DNA of 64,000 bases from positions 1,187,773 to 1,251,772 of the forward strand of contig BDGG01000010.1 of the NCBI GenBank assembly GCA_001949185.1, in the 5' to 3' direction. Under the pieces are notes generated by a model. The model was not told the DNA's origin and made no database searches. It saw nothing but the letters and a program-made list of their open reading frames with translations. A program made the position numbers and the translations under genes. Position 1 is the stretch's first letter. Each line of letters opens with the position of its first letter. Below, piece after piece: positions 1-13,700 of this stretch. Origin of the DNA: Ramazzottius varieornatus. Its lineage: Eukaryota; Animalia; Tardigrada.

Positions 1-84
1 CGAAGTTCCAAGTATTTTTCATCGACAAATTTCAAATTATTCCCCAAACCATTTCCTGATTCTATACCTTGATTACTTTTTCAG

Positions 85-436
85 GCGTCTTTTTCCGACG
101 AAGGTGTTCGAAGGACGAAATCCCCATGGAGCGGAGGGTGGCTGGGAGCTTCTGGCCGGTCTGGCTAATCAAGATATCGAAGTCGGTACAACAGTACTAG
201 TCCTTCGGAACACACTCAGCATAGCTGGCTGGCTCCTCAAGAAGTACTACGAGAAACAGTTTTCAAAGCTCCTTATTTACGTATCTCGGCACATGCTGCC
301 GAAAATTAGAGAAAGAACACCCAAAGAGCTAATGGGCCCTGTGGAGAGGCTCAACGAACTCATGGAAACGTACCACCGTACCATGACCATAGCTGTTCCT
401 GAAAATAGACTGTCCGATGATTTTTGGCAGCAGTGA
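85..436 (+). CDS. 3' terminal exon of a gene that begins upstream of the window; product unknown
   Basis: Acceptor ttttcAG ends at 84; open frame to TGA at 434-436, followed by AT-rich 3' UTR-like sequence. No motif recognised. Confidence 0.5.
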
Positions 437-664
437 GACTCGGGAGAGGGTTTTTGTTGCATTTTAATTTTATTTCATACTGTGATGAACCGTATTTATG
501 TATGAAATTTTTATACCGATATTCTACCTCGAAAGGAAAGCAGAAAAATAAATTAATATTGTCATCAAGAAACTGCGTACGGACTACGGAGAACTAAACT
601 GAGAAGTGTGGTTTTATGATGCCAGCAGCTAACTTGAACGAGATCATCACTTGAAAATGTTCCA

Positions 665-1922
665 TCAGATTTCGTTCGACACGAACTCGCACAGTTCTTC
701 CTCTCCGCCATACTGAAACTGGTCCAGTGCCATCAAACAAACCATGCGTTTTTCGTAAGGGAAACGAAGGTCTTTTCCGGCTTGTCGAAGCTGCAGCATC
801 TCACTTTCGGCTTGACGAAGTTGTTTGTTGAGGTATCCTGGGTTCTCGTTCTCCTTGTCCATGATATACATAGTCAGTTCTGACCGGAAAGCTCCGTCAA
901 TTTTTGCTTCAATAGAGTAGTCGATCGGTTCGTCTTGGGAAAGGCTCCGTGCGCGCATGGCTTCCATTAGTCCACTCCAGCTGAGTAACTGCAGTACGGT
1001 GCATACTTCCTGGTACTGCATCATCGTCTTGTCCATCATTCGTTCGAGTGCCAACTGGTAACTGCTGATGCCGTAAGGGTGACCATTGGCTATTTGGTGG
1101 GAGCTGACGTGCTCGACAGCCTCTTGGATGAATTCGGCTGTGATACGCCGAGACGGCGATGTGTCAAAAATGGAGTTCATCAAAGCCACTTCTGCCGCGC
1201 TTTGACGAATCCTCTTCATTTCTGAACGGGAGATCCCCCTTTCGTCTGTCGGACCTGCATGACGAGAGACTATGTTAACAGATTTAATTTCAATCTGGCT
1301 TAGAACCCGATAACGAGGTCGGTAGATCGGCTAGCGACAATGGACCATAGCCTGCATACGCTATAGAACGTTCAGTATGCTGTTCGGCGTATGTAGGTAC
1401 ACGAGATGTCAATTAGTACCACTTTCGCTAAACTATGATATTTTCCGCGTGACGTTCTACATTACTTATGGCCGACTATCATCCCAGCGATTTGAACGAT
1501 TTTTTAGCCCGGTATAAGACAATGAGATAGCTATTTTTACCTGAAAGCGGAGTTCGTGGACCAAAGCAAGCACCTTTAGCACCTGGAAGCAACAGATAGC
1601 ACGCGTGGTCCTTTTCACGACCTGACTTGTCGCAGATAGATATCCATTCGTATTCGATCTCAACATGAGTTGCTGATGGTCTGGCTGCTCTACGACTGTT
1701 CTGAGGACCGTCCGCATCTCCTGTCTCGCAATTTTGACCAGATAGCGCTTTCATTTTCCAGTAGTCTTCTAGCGAACGTTCAGGTCCGATCTCATTTCCA
1801 TCCAGCTTACAGCGCTGCAATTGGCTCATGTGGTGCTGGTACGTGTCCACCATCTTTCCCACGGCCTCCCATAACGTCTGCTTTCTGCTCTCCGATAATA
1901 ATGGACAAGCTGCTTCGGACAT
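665..1922 (-). CDS. Two-exon hypothetical protein, about 320 aa (exons 1922-1541 and ~1254-665)
   Basis: Donor ctttcag|GTAAAA at 1540 (phase 1) joins acceptor atgcAG|gtccgac in frame (…PLSGPTDERGISRSEMKRIRQ…), linking ORFs 1479..1922 and 665..1219. No family recognised. Confidence 0.6.
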
Positions 1923-2650
1923 TTTTCTGCTGCAACAGACACCTATGACGCAAGTAAAAGTAATCGTTTATACGCAAACTTATATCAGAAGACAGGGCGT
2001 GGAACGCTACACATCATCACATCTTCTGCAATACGTTGCTTCCGTAAATAGTTAATATCCCAGTTTTTTCCCCAGTTTGATACCGACTCCGAAAGGCTAC
2101 AGCGGGGCTCAAGACTTTCATTTACGGCAAGATGCATAATTATATGTCATTCCAGCTTCTCCCAGTACTCGCACCGTACTGTCTCTGATAGTAATTAACT
2201 CTGGTCTCTCTCAGCAAGACCTTGCCTTCAGCCTCGGGTAATCGGATTCTGACCATCAACCACCACGCTATCATAAACCATGACCACGCCCATATCTAGG
2301 TGCAGTTCTGCCAGACTCTTTTCTTCTTGTGGGCTTAGCTCAGAGAAGGCTCAGACTAGCCAAAGAAGCTTGTATATACAATGTATATTATACCAAGACC
2401 AACTAGATGGGACTAGGTGCAACTACATAATCTAGGTGGTCTTGATTATACTTCCAGCGGAAACGCAAAGAGAATGCTTAAGGCGGTCAGGAATCAGGAC
2501 AACTGTATCTTGCTGCGGTACATAGACGAGACAATGCTCTGGACGAGATCAAAAACCATCAGCAGCGTAATACCACATAACGTAATGAGATCGTAATGAG
2601 AACGTACGGAAACCGTTTTGCATGAAGATACCTTTCGGAGACTTCCAAGA

Positions 2651-4123
2651 TTAGCAATGTTCATGGACTGAAGTCTCCCATTGGACTCCATTCCCTTCCG
2701 GCTGGTGAACAGAAAACCACAGCAAATGCCGCCATCGAAAGTTGTTGTGGCTTACTCCCAAAGCATTCCGCCAGTTTCCCCAAAAGCCAAAATCATACGG
2801 ATTATCATACTTCCGTCCTTGAGCCGCCAGCCTTTTGGTTTCCTTCTTATTGATGTGAGCTTCTATACTGGTTTCTGCAACATGAGGGCGAAAGTCAACA
2901 CGAGTCGGTCACACAATCCAGTGTGATCGAACGTACCTCCACAACTTATCAAAGTGACGTGCCACATCAGCAAACAGAAGACTGATATACTGGCAGCTCC
3001 GCTAAGCAGGAACATGTAGATGACACTTCGCCTATGTAAACGGTGAACTGGGTTCTCGGGAACATATACAGTCCCAGACGAGGACGCATTCTGCATCATA
3101 CTGTAGACTTCTGGATGGTTCACCGGGAGGTAATATAGCTCTTTGAATTCAGGGTAGACGAAGATGCACAGGTAGGCGGACCCGAACCACATGTACAGCA
3201 TGAAGGAGAAGAAGTACCGATGATTGTAGTGTCCCACACAACTGTTCAGCCACGCTAAGCAGAGACAAGCTTGAAACGCAGTTTTGTTTGCCCCCAGACA
3301 GAAAACTCAAAGCTCTGAACTCACGACAGTGGTGGTCCATACGGAGTATGCAGCGGTTGCAAATCGTGCAGTGGTGGGTTCGAGGAGGTTTCAAACCCTG
3401 ACATTTCGAACACAATGGCTGGATTTGGTTCGCTGAGGAATACTGCGCCTGTAAAAGTAGGCCGGATCTTCATAAATAAAAACTGTTACAACTTTAACGC
3501 TGCATACTCAAGCACACGAAACCGGAAAAGGACGATAGTTACCGGTGGAGGGTACCCTGGGGGAGTTCGGAGACCTTGTATGTAGTGGAAGCTAATACTA
3601 AAGAACAGGTAAGTGGCGACCGGGAAGTGCCATACTACGAGCAGGATATTCCTGTACTACAACGGCACCATCAAAATGTATGTGAGGCATAATATTATGT
3701 CTAGATATTATTCATCGCATATCATGCATTCGAATGCTGAACGGTGGATACAAACCTGGAGATACCATGGGAGCATGACCAGAAGGAGGATGGCTATAAT
3801 CGACAATGTTAGGACGATGACGAGAACAACCATCACCTGCAAAACATAAACCTTCGGTTTTCGAGACATTATTCACTACATATGGTTCATTACTCGAAGA
3901 TGCATTGTACAGTTGACGGTCTGTGCCTTACAGGTCCCAAGTGGTTGAGGTAGCCCTTGTCTATTAGGCGGAAGCACGGCTCCAAGACGATGTCCAGCGC
4001 ATAATCCAATGTGAGGTCCGTTCTGCTTCCGAGAGGGACGCGTCGTATCTTGAGGCGATTCCACAGAAAATGCGCAGCATCCTTCAGCTTCCGGTAAGGC
4101 CACTTACGTAACTTTGCATCCAT
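2651..4123 (-). CDS. ZDHHC16: DHHC palmitoyltransferase, ZDHHC16-like (multi-exon)
   Basis: Spliced Cys-rich domain [29 protein letters not shown]|[16 protein letters not shown]-terminal [30 protein letters not shown]…[11 protein letters not shown] resembles ZDHHC16. ATG at 4123, TAA at 2653-2651. Confidence 0.9.
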
Positions 4124-5040
4124 GTTCTTGTTCGTAGCTGTAAACGGTCGCACTTCCGGTTGGAGCATTACAGTGGCGAATAAGTCACATGTAGGCCGAG
4201 TATCGCAATTTCTCGTTCCATCTCACTTTCCCGAAACATCCAGCTCCACTTTACTGAGTTTGTGCAAAGCAGGGTACTGCAAAAGACCATATAATAACGG
4301 AAAAGCTAATCACTGAATTGTGAGGAAGAAGCTTGGACCATCAAATAGCCATTCACGCTCAGCTTGAAGCTGCTTGATCCAGCCAGAACGTCTTGCCTGA
4401 ACGTTCCTTCCAGTGTTTCCATCCAACAGAAGGCACAGACCGCCATCCACAGATGCTCCGATTATCCTTGTCTACATAACATCGACAGACGTGAGAACGA
4501 TAAGATCCTTGGAAGTTACCTGGTTCAAGTGAAGGTCCGCGACCTCGAACCTGCAGAGTGTAGAGTGTAGACAGCGGGGTTTTGTTTTGGTAAATTTACT
4601 AAATTTACTGAATTGATTCTGGATTTGTGATATGACATGACAAGTTATACATGTATGCTAGCACGACATGACTCTAGAACATGACATGGTTAACACTTAA
4701 CACTTCCCGTTTTCTTTTCAAGTTTGCATGGTAATTGCATCTCATTCCAGAATCCCTCTCGATTTGATCTTTCTAATCTCGTATTCATACTGTTCCGATC
4801 GCTGGAACCTCTGGTGGAGAAAGAGTCGAACGTATGGCACGGTCGCAGTGAGCAACAGGACGTATCCCCGCTCTGAATCGCTGCATGTGGATCGAGAACA
4901 TCCTCTCGCAAGCAATTTGGACTATCATTGATCCTCAGCACTGGAACTCGCTTCCCTGATGACAGAACTTTTAGAAAGAGCAGCAAACGAAGTGCCGGGA
5001 AACCAGCTGCTTGCGCGCTATCTTCACCGTCGACGAGAGA

Positions 5041-7167
5041 ATGTCGGACAACTCGGAGGATTCGTTTGCGGCTAGTGGAGCCAGTGTTTCAGCCGAAGAG
5101 ACACCTCGACGAATTTTAACGACAACCAAGGCCACACCACGAGACGGAAGTTCCTCTGAAATCGAAGTATCTCCCAGAGGAAAGGTGAAGCAAGCTAAAA
5201 GGGCTCTCGAAGACTCCGATTCAGACGAACAAGGCAAAAAGGTGGGATGACTTCTTCACATCATTAATTTTCAAGTTGACAATCTTCGAAATTCTTAGCG
5301 AAAAGACAATCGCAACAAGCGTACCAGAGCGATGAAAGGGTCTTCTGGAAGCGCGTCATCCGATGATGACACTCCAAAGAAATCCGCAAGCTCTGATAAG
5401 GAAAGGAGGAAATCGGTGCTAATGTCCGAAGCAGGGAGTTCCGACGATGACGATGACAGAAAACCTTCTCGGAAATATAACTTACAGGAAGTTCAGAAGA
5501 GACTCGATAAAACGCAAAAAGCCGATGCTTCGAGTGACGTTAAAGTACGTAAGATATTTTTGTTTGGTTCTCTCTGTGTCCGAAGTCCGAATTCCGAAAG
5601 TAATAACACCGTTCCGCGCATGCAGGAGGAAGCTGTCCTCAAACACAAGCCCGAAAAGCAGAAGAAGTCCTCGGCGGCTGAATTAGGATCTGATGAAGAG
5701 CATGAAGCTCGGAAATCAACTAAGAGTTTGACGTTGGATAGTGGTTCGGAAGGTTCGCTTGAGCTTTCACCACCACGGACAAAGTTTCCTTCAAGCGCCA
5801 AAAAGACCAGTGGCGCCGTCACCAGTAAGACCCAGTCTGATGACGAGTGCTCTTCAGATGCAGATGACGAACCGGATCGGTCTCCGAGCCCGAATAACAC
5901 AAAGAAGCGAAAGAAAAGCAGCGCGAAATCTCCCGAACGGACTGGGAAGAAGGTAACATTGTACCAACTGTCAGTGCTATTGCTGGGTTCTTGCTAAGCT
6001 CTGTTTCATCTACCGATGGGTGGTACTTTTAGCCTCCTGGCCAACCCATCCAACATTTTTTATGAATTCTTTTACGGCCATAGCTTAGTTCGCGAGGCAG
6101 GTCAACTTGGCCGTTTTAGAAAGTTAAAATCAGCTTTCGATCATCCCGCTACGGGGGAAGATCAACTGATAGGATCTCTGATCCTTAGTATGTACGATCC
6201 TCCACACAGTCGTACGCGTGAATCCGTCCCGGGTAGTGAGCACGCGGCAGACCGGCCAATCAACGGTCAGCTGTCAATCAGTCGAACAGATTTGCGCCAT
6301 GAGTACATAATCAGGTAATCAATGACACGCTGGGCTAACCGTGTGTGATGCTGCACATTCGAACAACAAAGTTGTCCCGCCTCGCGAACTAAGAACTATG
6401 GCCGTAAAAGAATCCATAAAAAATGTTGGATGGGTTGGCCAGGAGGCTAAAAGTACCACCCATCGGTAGATGAAACAGAGCTTAGTTTCCTTTGGCAGAC
6501 TCCCGGTTCCAGATCCAGTTCCAAACCAGGCGAAGATCCTCTAAAGCGATACAAGTCTTACCTAACCTTCGCAGGGATCCGGATCAACAACTACAAGAAG
6601 TTCTTCGAAGGCGTAACAAACGTGAGAAAGCAGAAAGAAAAGATAGTGGACCTCCTTCACGAGAAAGGGTTGAAAGGTAATGAGTATACAATACAGCATC
6701 CCTTAATCCTTCGTTATGGGGTTCGTTTCAGGGTCCGTTTCAGAAACCCATTCCGAAATTACTGATCTGTTTTCTTAGGAGTACCGACCTTTGAGGCCTG
6801 TAAGAAGCTCCGCACAAAGAATGAGACCAAGGCGGAAGTCCAAGAACTGAAGAATAACGCCATCTTGAGCAGTAAGCTCCAGTGAATTCAATGACTCTGT
6901 GTACCGATATCATTTTTTATCTAGATTTAAGAGAATAAAGACTTTTTTCTGCCGCATTCAGATCGAACTCGAACTACAAGAAGTACTTTCCCAGACCGAC
7001 CCCGGTCTCCGCCATCGACGAAGCGGCGAGCTCGCGTGACTGACAGTGACGAAGAGGGCTCTGATAGTGCCTTGGCACATCCGGCGTCCGCGGCCTACAA
7101 AAGCTCGGACGAAGAGGACGCCTTCGCCAACATGAAAGACCTCATCGGAGATGACGACTCCGATTAG
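5041..7167 (+). CDS. HIRIP3: HIRA-interacting protein 3-like histone chaperone: S/D/E/K-rich disordered region plus C-terminal CHZ-type domain (multi-exon)
   Basis: Spliced C-terminus LKRYKSYLTFAGIRINNYKKFFEG…LHEKGLKG|VPTFEACKKLRTKNETKAEVQEL…AFANMKDLIGDDDSD* matches the HIRIP3 pattern (LKRYI..CG..RNYKKLL…G.PSL.KC..L). Long acidic/basic low-complexity N-terminus. Confidence 0.8.
5997..6482. mobile_element. Non-autonomous DNA transposon (MITE), 486 bp, ~100-bp terminal inverted repeats, TA target-site duplication, inside a HIRIP3 intron
   Basis: agctctgtttcatctaccgatgggtggtacttttagcctcctggccaacccatccaacatttttt… at 5997 is the near-perfect reverse complement of …aaaaaatgttggatgggttggccaggaggctaaaagtaccacccatcggtagatgaaacagagct ending at 6482. 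TA flanks both sides (5995-96 and 6483-84). No transposase. Confidence 0.9.
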
Positions 7168-9059
7168 AAGTCTTCCCTCTGAATTTTCACAGGAAATCTC
7201 TGTACATTGAAAGGTTCTTCTTTTGCCGAGGTAAGGTTTCATTGTGACTGTTTTCAGTATTGTTTTTGCCGTATCGCAAACTAGGTCCTCTTTTTTTGAC
7301 GTTTTGACTGTCGCACAAAGTGACAGAATACTGAAGTATTTCCAGTGTTACCGAAGGGATGTGCAGAGTTCTTTACAGTAAATCTTACCAAAGAAAAAGG
7401 TATGTGTTGAAGTGCGCGCGGTTGTTCAAACTGAAGTGGCTAATAGTGTCGCAGTACCCGTACTGAAGTGTTTGTTCTCGAGAAGCCGATATGGTGTCTC
7501 ACAGGCTCCACACTATGGTGTTGGTGTAGGTAACTTAGGGGTGAATTGTAATGACTCTGCTGTTTTAGAATTCTTGAAGTTTACTATTGCGGGTCGATTT
7601 CATTTACTGATGACGACTGTGGTTGAGCACGGCCACAGCTAAAGTCACGCTTGAGGTTCACGGATGACAGACAGGTAAAAGTGGTTGGTGCGTTTGCCAC
7701 GAAGATATATGTCTGATAGAGGGGCGTCGATGCCGGCTGAACTTGTTACAAGTTTACATGTAGTCGTTTGTGTTTTTGCAGGAAAGACAAGCAACTCCCT
7801 CCTCTCGATCCACTGCGTAGATCGATACAGCCAGACAGACGTCGAAGATACACAGCTCGCTGATGGTTTGTTGTCTTTGGCGTTCAGGTACAAATTTTGT
7901 CAATAAATCCATTTCGTCACTGTCGTTACTTAACGTCACTCTTGTTGAGAACGGGTCTTTGTCCATTCCAAACTATTAACCACAAACGAGAAACTGTTGA
8001 AATGTTTTAGATCGCTTGGTGAACGCTTTTCCGTGAGAGCCAGTTGGACGGCGGTCCTCCATCAATGTTTTGCTGGGCGTCTCTATAATCGGATCTTTCG
8101 TTTAGAGAAGCAATATTGTTCGAGGGAAACTGGTTCGACGACTCTCTTGAGCGCTGTACGATGTGCCGTACGAGTGAGAGACTTCGTTCGGCGTCTTGCT
8201 ACGGATGTCTTATTACTTGACGAGAGCATTTTTTCCACTCGTGTTCTCAACGACTGACTAAGCGGACGTCGTTGTCGTCTTCGCGACCGATAAATTTCTG
8301 TGTATTTTGCAGGTATCGATACCTTTCGCTGGAATACTCCTGGATTCTCTTATCTCACATCTCGTCCACTTCGGAACTCATCGGTGAGTGAAGCAACATA
8401 GAACTCTTAGACTTCCATTCCTAAACTACGCTCACCAGAGTAATCTCGATGATTATTCTACCGGCGATAAATCATTGTCTGGTACAGTACGCGGGGTGGT
8501 CTTCACGGAGAGAAGAGTTCGAAAAGGCCTAACATACGTCTGGTTCGCTTCTCCGCTGGTTCTTCGCAACTTCCTCTGGTCGTGAAGACCAGGTTTCTCA
8601 CATTCAAAGTACTTGTACAAGAACCAGTAGAAAATAAATGAACGAATAATTTGGCACGAATAATAAGAACGAATAATTTGGCAATAACGGGTGGGTGAAT
8701 TGTACTTGTTCAAAATTGGATTTCCTCAGATTTGTTCTCGCCTAATTGGGGAACCGGTTATCGGGGCATATGACAGGATGTTTGATGAGTGTCAGAGCAC
8801 TAACCTTTGAGTGAGTATGGGTATTTGTATAAAGCTACGCTGAGATGTGGCGTGTGAGGACCGTTGGTCTTGCAGGTCAAGACTCACCTGACACCTCTCT
8901 CGAGATGCTCACACCGCGGCTATCAATGGTCAAAGGATGACTTATAGGAAAATATTGTCTCGAGACTTGACAGAGGGGGCCACTCTGTCATGACCAAGTA
9001 CCGGTGTACGAACAATTGCGAAGTTTATACGACAACGAGATTGATCGATATAATATCGT

Positions 9060-9241
9060 CAGTACACGCTAAAAATTATGGGCCAGGCGGAGAAAACGGC
9101 AAAATTGAACTTCAAACGTAGAAGTGGCGTAAAGTGTATTGCTGAAATCAGTCGCGTACGTACGTTCTTCCGTACCACCGTAGCGGAAAGGACTGGTCCA
9201 TAATCTTTCCTGGCCCATAAATTCTCATCGTGCGTGTACTG
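9060..9241. mobile_element. Small decayed MITE-like element with CAGT termini (Tc1/mariner-like)
   Basis: cagtacacgc-taaaaattatgggccagg (from 9060) is an imperfect inverted repeat of cctggcccataaatt…gcgtgtactg (to 9241). TA is present on the right flank only. Confidence 0.55.
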
Positions 9242-10746
9242 TATGTATGTAAATTGACGGATGGCTGCTTGTTGGAATGGTTTACTTTTACTTCGTTAGA
9301 TTGTCTTGTCCATCTGCGTATACGCCGGTCTATTCATACCTGGCGATATTATCATAATCGTGACAGAATGATTTGCCTACATGCATATGCGCGCGAAAGT
9401 ATATTGCGACATTGTATGCAAACATCAGGCGTGAACAAACAAATTATGTCAGTTTCTCTTTTACCGGACTTTCGCTCAACATGCCAGTGCTATTCAGAAA
9501 GTTTCCCTCACGGACGAAAAAATCTCTCAAGAGAATGCGGACACAATGTGCCGTGCTAATGATATAAACAGCCGTCTTTGTAAAATTGGGGCCAATGTTT
9601 TCTAACTTTCCGAAACTTGTCAACTGTGAAAACATAATCACAACCGCCGGTTTGAGAAGTACGATCCATCAAGTACACGTACCATATTTCGTGAAAGTTC
9701 TTTATGACGACTACCACTGCCAACTCCCCTCGACCCTTCTGCATGCTTCCGTGTATAAGGCTGTGCTTTGCCACCATATCTTTTTCTGAACCCGGAAGTT
9801 TTGTTTCTCAGAATAACGTTCCTTGTCGAGCCGCGAAGCAGCGAATAGAGCACGGATAGTTTTCTGGTGAAAACTGGGGCGGTGTTGGATCTCTTCTTCC
9901 CCTCTGAATTTTCCGTTTGAAATGCATGGGCTGGAACGCAAAACTAGTCTCAGATCATATGGAGCTTCTGTACTAACCACTGTCCATTTGTTATACCATC
10001 CATTTCAATGGTGCCTGTTAAACGTCGGTACTGAATACTCTGCCAGAAGAGCGCTTTCGCTTACCGCGCGAAGATCACAGCGGTGGCTAGGTTCGTGCCA
10101 AATCGAAGAGCAATTGATGCTTTATTATCTTCCGCAATATTCAAGATATTACCGAGCCCGAAGAGCTTGCGATACAACTCGGACGTACTTTTTACGTGAC
10201 TAATCCGAGGCGAAGAATTAACAATCGCTCTGTTCGTCGAGTGTCGTCTCGAACCACCACCATCGGCTATAAAACCACTTTTCAACAGCAACCTTTTTGT
10301 CCAGCCAAACATAACGTCATTTCCCGGCCCATAAAGTACCCGCAAATTACCTTCGCTTTTAAAGACTCTTCTCTGCGCCATCCCCACTACATGAATGCTC
10401 ATTACGCGGTTTCTTCACTTTTTTCTTTTACTTACCTTCAGTCTTGTTACAGGTTGGAGACAAAAGCTTGACCTACCTTTGGCGAAGATGAATGTGTAAT
10501 AACAACGTGCTGCTTCACATCCACCGGCCATGCAGCTCGGTCTCTTCTTGGCTAGTCGCGCGTGACTGATCTACTGTACCGAATCTGTCATCTCCTTTCG
10601 GTAAGCTCAAGCAGAGATACTTCTCTCATCATCACCACCTTTTTTGCCGCATCTTTTTACCATGAGATCAAGACCTGCTCTGTTTTCCACAGTTTGACTA
10701 GTGAAGCGGAATCTGCATCGTCGCCTTCTTCCCACCTTCTGACACC

Positions 10747-13700
10747 ATGCCATTCGGCCGGAAAAATCACGTGGACAACATCAAGCGCTCGTCGTACTAT
10801 GTGTGCTTCATTGGCGCGAAGGAGAGTCCGGTGGTTCGCGACCATGACTATGGACGCGAGTTTGTCTATCCGGCAACGCAGTATTTGCTGAGGACCGTTG
10901 TGGAAACTGGACCTATCTCAAACGCCCCCAAAATCACCCTGCAGGTATGTGTCACTATAATTACCGGTGTAATCTTCGATGAGTTTCACTTTCGACGATG
11001 TGAAGCGGGGAAACAACTTCACTTGTGAGGAATAGGTCGAACTTCCTGGTCCGAGTTCTTGCCATCAAAAGCTTGCGGTCATTAGTTTTGCCCCCTGTTT
11101 CATCACATCCAACGCGTCCTCAATACAGTGCATAATGTGCAGCGAAATGCGACTTGTATCCAGACAATTGCAGAAATTATTACACCATGCAGACTTGTTC
11201 AGACAGCCAAGCAGGTCTAACTTTGCTGGAAGCTAATCCTTGCTCGGTAAACCCAACTTGAAGCAGACAATAGTAGGATAAGGCACATGATTCCAGACGC
11301 CCACATGTCAGAATGAATTCAATGATATCTCGTGTTGCTTTCGTTGGGAAGTGAGGAAGTTATAATGTGTGGAAGCTAAACGCACTGTTAGAGCATAGTA
11401 CTGTATTCACATTCTGGCTTTACAGTAAGTTGTGCGATAATCGGGAAAAACGCAAAAAATTTTCTAACATGGTTGGCCTGAAGCATCAATTACGAGGAAG
11501 TTAGCTTTTAAACAGAAGCATATCGGTCTTGTAATGAAGTCAAGGTATCGGGTTCCACGGGAGATGAGCAGGAAGCGTCGCAGACCAGTTTCGTTCTGGT
11601 TGGCCAGGCATGTCCACCGTTAACTGCCGCGTATGCGGTAGTTTTAGGACGATGACACCAGAATCACTAGCTACAGCCGCCTTGCGACTACTTAGAACTT
11701 CGAACGATTTGTAAGCGACTTTGCAGTGAAAACGTCTCATTTACACAGTCTGTAGCAAGACGTGATCATCAATAGCTACTTCTGACAGCACCGATCAGAT
11801 CTCCGAGAATCGTATGATGCTGCATGACACATTCCATCTTGGTTGCAGGTGAGCAATAAAGGCCTCAAGATACTGCAGAATGTCAGCCGCTCTGGAATAT
11901 CGCTAAAGACTTCCGGTCATACCGACACGCTGAAGCATTTCGTCCCTCATCACTGTATCACATGTGCCTACCAAGGTCCTCCACCCTACGACGACCTCGT
12001 CTCGACCATCTTACTAATTTTCAAGTACGTAAATTTTAATTTCCAGTCTCGTTCTTGCCTGAAATTATTCACGCCTGATTCCGAACTTCAGCGGTATTAG
12101 TTTTTGTAACTTTCCCGTCTTTAGTCCGCAGACAAGATGTCCAGTTCACATTCACGTCTACCGCTGTGATTCCAACAATACCGCTGCCTACCTTACTCAG
12201 CAACTTCGGTCTATGTCCGAACGACCCGACAATCAGATGAAGTTCGCCGAGATCGAAGCCAAGCTCAGCGGACGGGGACTTCTCCACCCTGCTGCCAGAA
12301 ACCTCGTTGACCCGCGCATGATGCAGCAGCCCGCTATCGGTGCGCGCATGGTCCATCGCGAAGCCGAGCTACGACATCCCATGACCATAACTTCGAGCGA
12401 CAAGGTACCTATGCTTCCTTTCGTCAGTCGTAACTGCGAAATTACCGGCTACGAAAATTCACCAACAAGTGCGTTTTCTTGTAGGTTGTCTTGTCTGACG
12501 GGCAAAGTTCAGGTCGAACGAGCAGCAGTCCCGCCACCTCTGACCAAGGCAAGCCTTTCGCCCATCGTTCCTTGTCTGTTGCCTCTTCCGATGGGATGGT
12601 AGATCATCACGCCAAGACCACGCCACAACCCACCAGTCCCATCACGCAAGTTTCCAAGCTGGCTGAAGAGTTCCATCAGAGATTAAAGACGAAGGACTCC
12701 GCACCACTTCTGCTTCCGCCCAAGGACTACGACACGGTCAACCGAAGTCGTGGGCGGATTGACATTACCCTTCAGGACGAAGGCATTCCTGTCTTTTCTC
12801 GAATGAACGAAGCCGAGCCGAAACCTTCGATGAAAGATTCGGATATGTCGAATAGAAGGGATAGAAGGACGGAGAGTATAATCGAGGCGTTGGCTATCAA
12901 CCAGTCGTCTGTTTTCAGTCAAGAGGACGGCGAGCATAGTGTGAAGCAGAAACCGGTGAGGAAAGATCTGCAAAAGAAAAAAGACTTGCCGAGAGGGAAA
13001 CCCGGAAGGAAGCTAAAGAACTTTGAGATCGATGACGACTGGATGGTCGATGAGGAAGACGAAGAGTCAACGTACCGGGACAGAGAACAGCCTGTCATCA
13101 CGAAGCTCTCTGACTTCGATACGGATGGCTTCCAGGAAAGACTGAAACGTTATAGCTCGATGAACGACGTTTTTGGCGAGAGCCAGAAGACGGAATACTC
13201 AGACGGTAACCGTAACTGCTAAAATGTGTCTTTTTTGAAGGTTTTGCTTTTGTGTCGGGCTCCTACATACAGACGTACTGTGGAAATACGAAATCTTTCC
13301 GTATGCAGGTGCCCGGTACATGAATAGATCTCTCTGGCCGGTTTTCCAAACTAGCCGGCTACTCTTACTGAATCTTTTTCGGTTTTCTCATTTTGAAGTT
13401 CGATTCACCGTCTGTGTCTCTTGTAGCCATGCACAAGTTCTTGTCAGTAACACCACCACCTCTGGGAAGGCCGCCATCGGTCAAAGCAACCTCGTCCGAC
13501 GCCAACGCCGCCTATCGACCACGACCGTATTACTTTTCCGAAGATGAAGCGGAACGGAGCTGGGAACAAGAAAAAGCGGAACGGGCACAAAGCGCTTCCC
13601 ACAGCACTGGTGCCACCTCCAGCTCGAAACCCAAACCGCGCCAGCAGTCTTTGAGCGAAAGGAGCGAGCTCTCGAACTGGGAAGCTCCATACGACTACCC

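Noticed and set aside
4632-4690. Repeated ACATG cores between ZDHHC16 and HIRIP3 as p53-type elements
   Set aside because: The flanks do not fit RRRCWWGYYY; low-complexity coincidence is likely.
6016-6318. 100-aa ORF inside the HIRIP3 intron as a possible transposase or nested gene
   Set aside because: It lies within the 486-bp MITE and partly in its TIR; it is too short and has no DDE or HTH motif.
7645-8713. Minus-strand coding-looking fragments (possible pseudogene)
   Set aside because: Frequent stops, no consistent splice chain and no recognisable protein similarity.
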